64,000 bases of DNA from Clostridia bacterium. GTDB lineage: Bacteria > Bacillota > Clostridia > Oscillospirales > CAG-382. Under the pieces are notes generated by a model. The model had not been told where the DNA came from. It searched no databases and saw only the letters and a list, made by a program, of their open reading frames with translations. The translations under genes were made by a program, and so were the position numbers. This document shows positions 59,125 to 64,000 of the stretch, in pieces. The stretch's first letter is position 1. Every line of letters starts with the position of its first letter. Location of the stretch: the NCBI GenBank assembly GCA_017436675.1, contig JAFSCS010000040.1:17352-81351 (forward strand), read 5' to 3'.

Positions 59125-59849
59125 TTTGACACGCTCCTGATGAACTCAAGCAGCTCCGTTCTCGGAGAGCGATCGGTCTCGGGCAGCTCGAGTGAATTGA
59201 CACGCTCGTTGATATTCCACAAATAATGGGCGTCCGAGCTTACGAGTCGCGGCTTTTCCTTCAAGAACGGGAATCGGGATTCATATTCTTCCCTATTATT
59301 TCCGTCATTGAGCTCATAGCATCCGAAATACGGGCTTTCGGGGAAAGCACCGAGTATTGAAACGATCCCATTAGATTCTCTGTCGATATGCGCCGGATAG
59401 CAGACACCGTTATATTTTTTCACGAGCTCCACTGCATCATCAAGCATATAGCTCGTTGCTGTCAAGAGCAGTTTTTCCTCGGTTCCGATGACGTTATCCT
59501 CTCCGTCAAGGATAAACTGATTACCGAAGACGTCGGGCCGATTCTTTATATTCGGGATCGCCGAATACACCTCCTCGTCAAACGCCATCGTATCCTCCAG
59601 AGTCGGAAAGAGGCAAACTACGTGGATCTCCTCAGCGGTCGTCAGCTCCATTCCCGTTATTCCGAAGACGCCGTTCTTTTTACACGCCTCCAAAAAAGCG
59701 GGGCAATTTTTTGCCGTGTTGTGGTCGGTCAAGGCTATTATATCGAGTCCGTTCAACGATGCCATTCCCGCGATATTATTGACGGTCATATCGTCATCTC
59801 CACAAGGAGACAAGGTCGAATGGATATGCAGATCATAGAAAACCTTCAT
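59121..59849 (-). CDS. PHP-domain phosphoesterase
   Basis: MKVFYDLHIHSTLSPCGDD... and ALTDHN motifs. Start set at the ATGA overlap with the upstream stop. Confidence 0.8.
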   Translation of the reverse strand: MKVFYDLHIHSTLSPCGDDDMTVNNIAGMASLNGLDIIALTDHNTAKNCPAFLEACKKNGVFGITGMELTTAEEIHVVCLFPTLEDTMAFDEEVYSAIPNIKNRPDVFGNQFILDGEDNVIGTEEKLLLTATSYMLDDAVELVKKYNGVCYPAHIDRESNGIVSILGAFPESPYFGCYELNDGNNREEYESRFPFLKEKPRLVSSDAHYLWNINERVNSLELPETDRSPRTELLEFIRSVSK

Positions 59850-60175
59850 ATTCCGAAACCTGCCAGGATCGCACACATTTCATAGGAATTGCGTTTTGTT
59901 TTTAATATATTGATATTTCTCAATTTTGCGCTCTCGACCGTTTCGTTCGGGAGCTCCTCTGCCTCGGTTATAACGATGCAACCGACGTCTGCCAGCGAAG
60001 CGACCGCAACTATATTCGTGTTAGTCATTATTGTAACCCACACGTTATCCGTTTCCACGTTGCCCATCACGAAGCTCAACAGATCTCCCGTATAGCCGCC
60101 AACGATCTCTCGTTCGGCATCGGCGAGATTCACGATCTCAAGATCGGCTTTTGTTATCAACTCGCTTACTGTCAT
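59846..60175 (-). CDS. DRTGG-domain protein
   Basis: About 109 aa. The GGYTGDLLSFVMG... motif (a variant of DRTGG). Start set at the internal ATG at 60175 to avoid overlap. Confidence 0.6.
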   Translation of the reverse strand: MTVSELITKADLEIVNLADAEREIVGGYTGDLLSFVMGNVETDNVWVTIMTNTNIVAVASLADVGCIVITEAEELPNETVESAKLRNINILKTKRNSYEMCAILAGFGI

Positions 60176-60191
60176 TTTATCACCATTACCG

Positions 60192-61496
60192 TTAATTTGA
60201 TGGCATTTTGTCATCCTTTTTCTTTTGTTCGAGGAGGTTCTTCGCGATGTTTCTCAACCTCACGACGCACTCATCAAGCACGACCTCTCCTTCAACTACG
60301 TCCTCGGCGAACGCGCGACAAGTCGGCGATCCGCAAGAGCCGCAATCTATTGCAGGAAGACATTCAAATATATTCTCTATTTTTACCATTTTTCGCATTG
60401 CGTCCGACCTATCGACACCGAGGCGAGACACGGGCTCATACTCAAGGTCTGATTTTGAGAAGAAGAAGTCGGGGACGTTCATCTCGTCATCGTCGTCTAC
60501 CCTATTCATTGAAACGGGGAGATAACGCTTGAGCATTTGCAATCTTGCTTGGGCGATGAATGCATTCTCGACGGTCATTACGCCGCCGACGCATCCGCCG
60601 TTACACGCGTTCAGCTCGATATATTCGAGCTCTGCGAAATTCTCGTTATCTATTTTTTCAAGAACCTGAATTACGTTTTCGATACCGTCGGCGGCAAGAT
60701 ATTTATCGTTGAAGAGCGCAGTGGCTTCTCCGCCCGTTGACGCCCATCCTATTCCGATCATTCCCGAGGAGGAGACGGTCGGGGGGATCACATCCTTTGC
60801 CATTTTGTTCAGCAACACGAAATACATATCGCTGATCGAAACGACGAAATCGACGTAGCTTTTTTCGTTTTCGTTTTTATTCTTTATATAGCTTACTTTT
60901 GCAGGGCAAGGAGAAATAAAGCAGGTGCAGATATCCTCCTCACGAAGCTCGGGGTGGTTTTCCATCGCCCGTTCCTTCGCCAGCTTTCCCGCGATCTCGA
61001 TCGGAGGAAGGATGGGAAGGATATTATCTATGAGGAACGGATAGCGCTGACTTATAAGCCTCACGACAGCGGGACAAGCCGAGCTTATCACAGGCTTTTT
61101 GATATCCTTACGGTGAAGATAACGTCTTGTATACTCCGTTACGAGCTCTGCCGCTGCCGACACCTCAAACACCTCGTCAAAGCCGCTGTTTTCCAAACCG
61201 TGCAGCAAATAATCCACATCGTCCATATTATTGAACTGTCCGTAGAGCGACGGTGCGGGAAGCGCTATTTTCCACTTATAGCCGTCCATAGCGCTAAGCT
61301 TATCGCAGCTTGCCTTTTTCGCTTTATAGGGACACACACGGATACATTCGCCGCAATCGATACATCTTTTCGCGTCGATCACTGCGTGGCCGTTTCGAAT
61401 TCGTATCGCCTCGGTAGGACATCGCTTCAAGCAATTAGTACATCCCTTACACCGACTGATGTCGAGCAATACCGAATGCTTATATTGTTCCATCAC
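60192..61496 (-). CDS. [FeFe]-hydrogenase-like protein with degenerate H-cluster motifs (2x4Fe-4S + Fe-hydrogenase large-subunit C-domain + C-terminal Fe-S motif)
   Basis: Two ferredoxin motifs, CKGCTNCLKRCP and CIDCGECIRVCP. Degenerate counterparts of the H-cluster motifs, SSACPAVV, SPCPAKV and NACNGGCVGG. The C-terminus has CGSCGSPTC. Confidence 0.8.
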   Translation of the reverse strand: MMEQYKHSVLLDISRCKGCTNCLKRCPTEAIRIRNGHAVIDAKRCIDCGECIRVCPYKAKKASCDKLSAMDGYKWKIALPAPSLYGQFNNMDDVDYLLHGLENSGFDEVFEVSAAAELVTEYTRRYLHRKDIKKPVISSACPAVVRLISQRYPFLIDNILPILPPIEIAGKLAKERAMENHPELREEDICTCFISPCPAKVSYIKNKNENEKSYVDFVVSISDMYFVLLNKMAKDVIPPTVSSSGMIGIGWASTGGEATALFNDKYLAADGIENVIQVLEKIDNENFAELEYIELNACNGGCVGGVMTVENAFIAQARLQMLKRYLPVSMNRVDDDDEMNVPDFFFSKSDLEYEPVSRLGVDRSDAMRKMVKIENIFECLPAIDCGSCGSPTCRAFAEDVVEGEVVLDECVVRLRNIAKNLLEQKKKDDKMPSN

Positions 61497-61915
61497 ACAT
61501 TAACTTTCATTGTTATTTTTGTTCCGACTCCGATCTCACTTTCGATGTTCATCGAGTCGGTATATCTTTTCATATTCGGCAGTCCCATTCCTGCGCCAAA
61601 TCCCAAGGATCTGACTTGCTCGGGGGCTGTTGAATATCCCTCTTGCATCGCACGATGGATATCGGGGATGCCGGGACCCTTGTCCTCAAGGATTATTTCT
61701 ATTCGATCGTCATAGATCAAGACGTCGGCTACTCCGCCGCCTGCGTGGATCACCATATTGATCTCGCCCTCATACATCGCTATCGATACACGGCGGATTA
61801 TCTCAGGTGAAAAGCGAAGCTGCCTTAGTGTCTTTTTCACTTGGACGGAGGCTTCACCAGCAGAGGTGAAATTATCGCCGTCGACCTCAAAATGCATTAC
61901 ATAGGGTTCGCTCAT
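61493..61915 (-). CDS. RsbW/SpoIIAB-like GHKL serine kinase-type ATPase
   Basis: 140 aa from the ATG at 61915 (RBS AGGTGGA). Motifs EGEINMVIH, DKGPGI and GFGAGMGL. Confidence 0.7.
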   Translation of the reverse strand: MSEPYVMHFEVDGDNFTSAGEASVQVKKTLRQLRFSPEIIRRVSIAMYEGEINMVIHAGGGVADVLIYDDRIEIILEDKGPGIPDIHRAMQEGYSTAPEQVRSLGFGAGMGLPNMKRYTDSMNIESEIGVGTKITMKVNV

Positions 61916-61926
61916 ATCTCGTCCAC

Positions 61927-62268
61927 CTATTCCGCTCTCAAGCCGTTTACGTACAAACGGCCGCAAGCTTCATACATTCTATGCTCGGTCGTTATTACCA
62001 CTATACCGCTTTCATTCGCAAGCTCGATCATTTCGGGAGTCGGCTTCTTTCCGCGAACGAAGACGATACAGAGCATATCCATCATTTCCGCTGTTCTTAT
62101 CACTTGGGGATTGACGAGGCCTGTCAACAGCACGGCTTGATTTTTCACGTATGCCAATACGTCACTCATCATATCGCTTCCGCAAGCCGAATGAAGCTCG
62201 AGCTCGAGGTCGCCGCCGTCGGTCACTACAGTTCCGTCCAACAAGGTTACTATATCACTTATTTTCAT
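61927..62268 (-). CDS. DRTGG-domain protein
   Basis: 113 aa. Motifs SDMMSDVLAY and VLLTGLVNPQVIRTAE. Confidence 0.65.
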   Translation of the reverse strand: MKISDIVTLLDGTVVTDGGDLELELHSACGSDMMSDVLAYVKNQAVLLTGLVNPQVIRTAEMMDMLCIVFVRGKKPTPEMIELANESGIVVITTEHRMYEACGRLYVNGLRAE

Positions 62269-62322
62269 AATTTTATGACCATTCCTTACTTAGCTTATCC
62301 CACAATCGCAGAAATTCGTTTT

Positions 62323-62799
62323 TTAACGTTGTTCAAGGATACCCTTTACGTCGGCTTTAACAAGTCTTCCGTATACGTCTTCGTTGATGACCATTACGGG
62401 AGCAAGACCGCAGCATCCGAGGCAACGTGTATCTTGGATCGTGAATTTTCCGTCGGCTGTAGTTTCGCCAACACCGATTCCGAGAACTGCCTTTACTTCA
62501 TCCAAAATCTCTTGTGCGCCTTTTACGTAGCAAGCCGTACCTGTACATACGCTGACGATATTCTCTCCCTTGGGTGTGAGCGAGAATTGTGCGTAGAAGG
62601 TTGCTACTCCATAAACCTCCGTTACGGGTACACCGAGGTTTTCGGAGATCATTGTCATTGTTTCCATTGAGAGATAGTTGAAGAGCTCTTGTGCCTTTTG
62701 CATTACGGGCATCAAGCATCCGGGAACGTTCTTATTCTCTTCGATGAAGCTCATAAGCTCCGCGTTCTTCAAATCGATCTGTTCTTTAGTTAAAGCCAT
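62323..62799 (-). CDS. hydC: NuoE-like [2Fe-2S] subunit of the bifurcating hydrogenase (HydC)
   Basis: 158 aa. Motifs CTGTACYVKG and CLGCCGLAPV. Confidence 0.9.
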   Translation of the reverse strand: MALTKEQIDLKNAELMSFIEENKNVPGCLMPVMQKAQELFNYLSMETMTMISENLGVPVTEVYGVATFYAQFSLTPKGENIVSVCTGTACYVKGAQEILDEVKAVLGIGVGETTADGKFTIQDTRCLGCCGLAPVMVINEDVYGRLVKADVKGILEQR

Positions 62800-63083
62800 T
62801 AGATTTATTCCTTTCGTTTTACGTTTTCATACTTAATTAATTTTGGGCAGAATTATTCTTTATACCTTATTCATTATATCATATTATAAATTTTTTTCAA
62901 GTATTCGACGGGTATTATATTAGACTTTTTTCTCTTTTTTTCGTTATTTTTGGCAATATTTTCTTCATATTTCGCTATATTTTTATCGATATTTTTGTAT
63001 TTTTTAGTTTTTTCGAGTTTGTTCTTTACAAATCGAAAAAAATAGTGTATTATCCAAGGTATAGTTTTTTTCGAGGTGGTTTT

Positions 63084-63608
63084 ATGGAGATCTTTGCGCA
63101 GGTGATCGGATGCGTCGGTACGGTATTGTTTTTTATTTCGTATCAGCAGAAGAAAAAGAAGAACATTATGCTTTTTCAGATATTCGGTATCACAATGTTC
63201 ACTATACACTTTTTTATGCTTGGGGCATATTCGGGATTTGCGATGAATCTGCTCGGCATCATTCGTGCGATCGTGATTTATTATTCGGGGCGCAAGTGGG
63301 CTGACTCGAGGGCTTGGTATTATGGTTTTATGGTATCATACGTTGTGCTCGGAATTGCCGTTTGGGAGGATTGGTTCTCAATCTTACCGATAATTGCGAT
63401 GATACTTTCGACATACGCTTTTTATCTCACGGACGAAACTAAATTGAGGCTTTTGACATTTCCCTGCTCGCCGTCATGGCTCATATACAACGTACATCAC
63501 GGCTCGATCTCGGGAACTGTTACGGAATGCTTCACGATGACGTCGCTTATCATTGCGATGATAAGATACGATCTTCCGAAGCTGAAGGCAAAATTGAAGA
63601 AAAAATAA
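63084..63608 (+). CDS. YgjV-family inner-membrane protein
   Basis: Starts MEIFAQVIGCVGTVLFFISYQQKKKK... Five to six TM helices, about 174 aa. The family call is from memory. Confidence 0.6.
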   Translation: MEIFAQVIGCVGTVLFFISYQQKKKKNIMLFQIFGITMFTIHFFMLGAYSGFAMNLLGIIRAIVIYYSGRKWADSRAWYYGFMVSYVVLGIAVWEDWFSILPIIAMILSTYAFYLTDETKLRLLTFPCSPSWLIYNVHHGSISGTVTECFTMTSLIIAMIRYDLPKLKAKLKKK

Positions 63609-63613
63609 AAAAA

Positions 63614-63648
63614 GCTCGGCATCCGATAAGATGCCGAGTTTTGTTATT
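63614..63648. repeat. Terminator hairpin, copy 2 of the 35-nt exact repeat (copy 1 at 24539-24573)
   Basis: Identical 35-mer gctcggcatccgataagatgccgagttttgttatt. Confidence 0.9.
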
Positions 63649-64000
63649 ATTCCACTGTTATTTCGACCTTACAGGGTTCTGAGGTGTCGAGGTAGTTATT
63701 ATATGTATATTCGAAGGAATCCGTGCCTTTATATCCTTTATTCGGGAAATAGAGGACTTTTCCTTCTTTTGTGAGTGTTACGGTACCGTTTTCGGGTGCT
63801 TTAACAAGCTCGAAGCGGGTCGGGAGGGTGCTATCACCTATATCGGCGCGCAGCACCTCGTCGGTTCTTGCTGTGAGCTTTATCGTATCCTTTTTCTCGG
63901 GGGTAACGTCAAGTGTACCCTTTGCGAAGTTATACGTTGCGTCATACTGCAATCTGCAAAGCGGGTCTGTGCTCGTGCCCATCAGCGAGAAGTTTTCGAC
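63647..64000 (-). CDS. C-terminal end of a larger secreted protein with an Ig-like/cadherin-like beta domain (continues beyond the right edge)
   Basis: The frame stays open to position 64000. The tail ...GTVTLTKEGKVLYFPNKGYKGTDSFEYTYNN...CKVEITVE resembles bacterial Ig/cadherin-like repeat ends. Confidence 0.5.
   Translation of the reverse strand, partial: VENFSLMGTSTDPLCRLQYDATYNFAKGTLDVTPEKKDTIKLTARTDEVLRADIGDSTLPTRFELVKAPENGTVTLTKEGKVLYFPNKGYKGTDSFEYTYNNYLDTSEPCKVEITVE

Overview
This window looks like a chromosomal segment of a spore-forming Clostridia-class Firmicute. That placement is an inference from gene content: spoIVB, spo0A, cotJABC, and a HydABC-type [FeFe]-hydrogenase operon. 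Most of it is ordinary core genome. It holds sporulation regulators, gdhA, ilvE, smpB plus tmRNA, one tRNA-Arg, cell-wall enzymes, a two-component system, glycan-utilisation genes and a long hydrogenase operon with embedded regulatory genes. Two short cassettes are visibly more AT-rich than their surroundings and look accessory. (A) 36268-39599 lies directly downstream of the ssrA (tmRNA) 3' end. It is a three-gene operon: a 97-aa protein, an apparently catalytically intact RNase III with two C-terminal dsRBD-like modules, and a Zn-ribbon/coiled-coil/PD-(D/E)xK DUF2130-type protein. (B) 43972-49607 is driven by a perfect consensus sigma-A promoter. It encodes a 188-aa unknown protein plus a 1601-aa fusion of a DEDD-like exonuclease, a RecQ-type SF2 helicase and a UvrD-type SF1 helicase. 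The cassette is bracketed by a direct repeat of the cotJC 3' end and terminator, and an internally deleted cotJC remnant sits at its right edge. Neither cassette carries its own recombinase. Both are my best candidates for undescribed nucleic-acid-targeting (defence-like) systems, but that is inference from domain motifs and context only. No CRISPR arrays, rRNA genes or IS elements were seen. All calls come from reading motifs by eye in the supplied ORF translations and DNA. No database search was run, and gene starts are approximate where noted.
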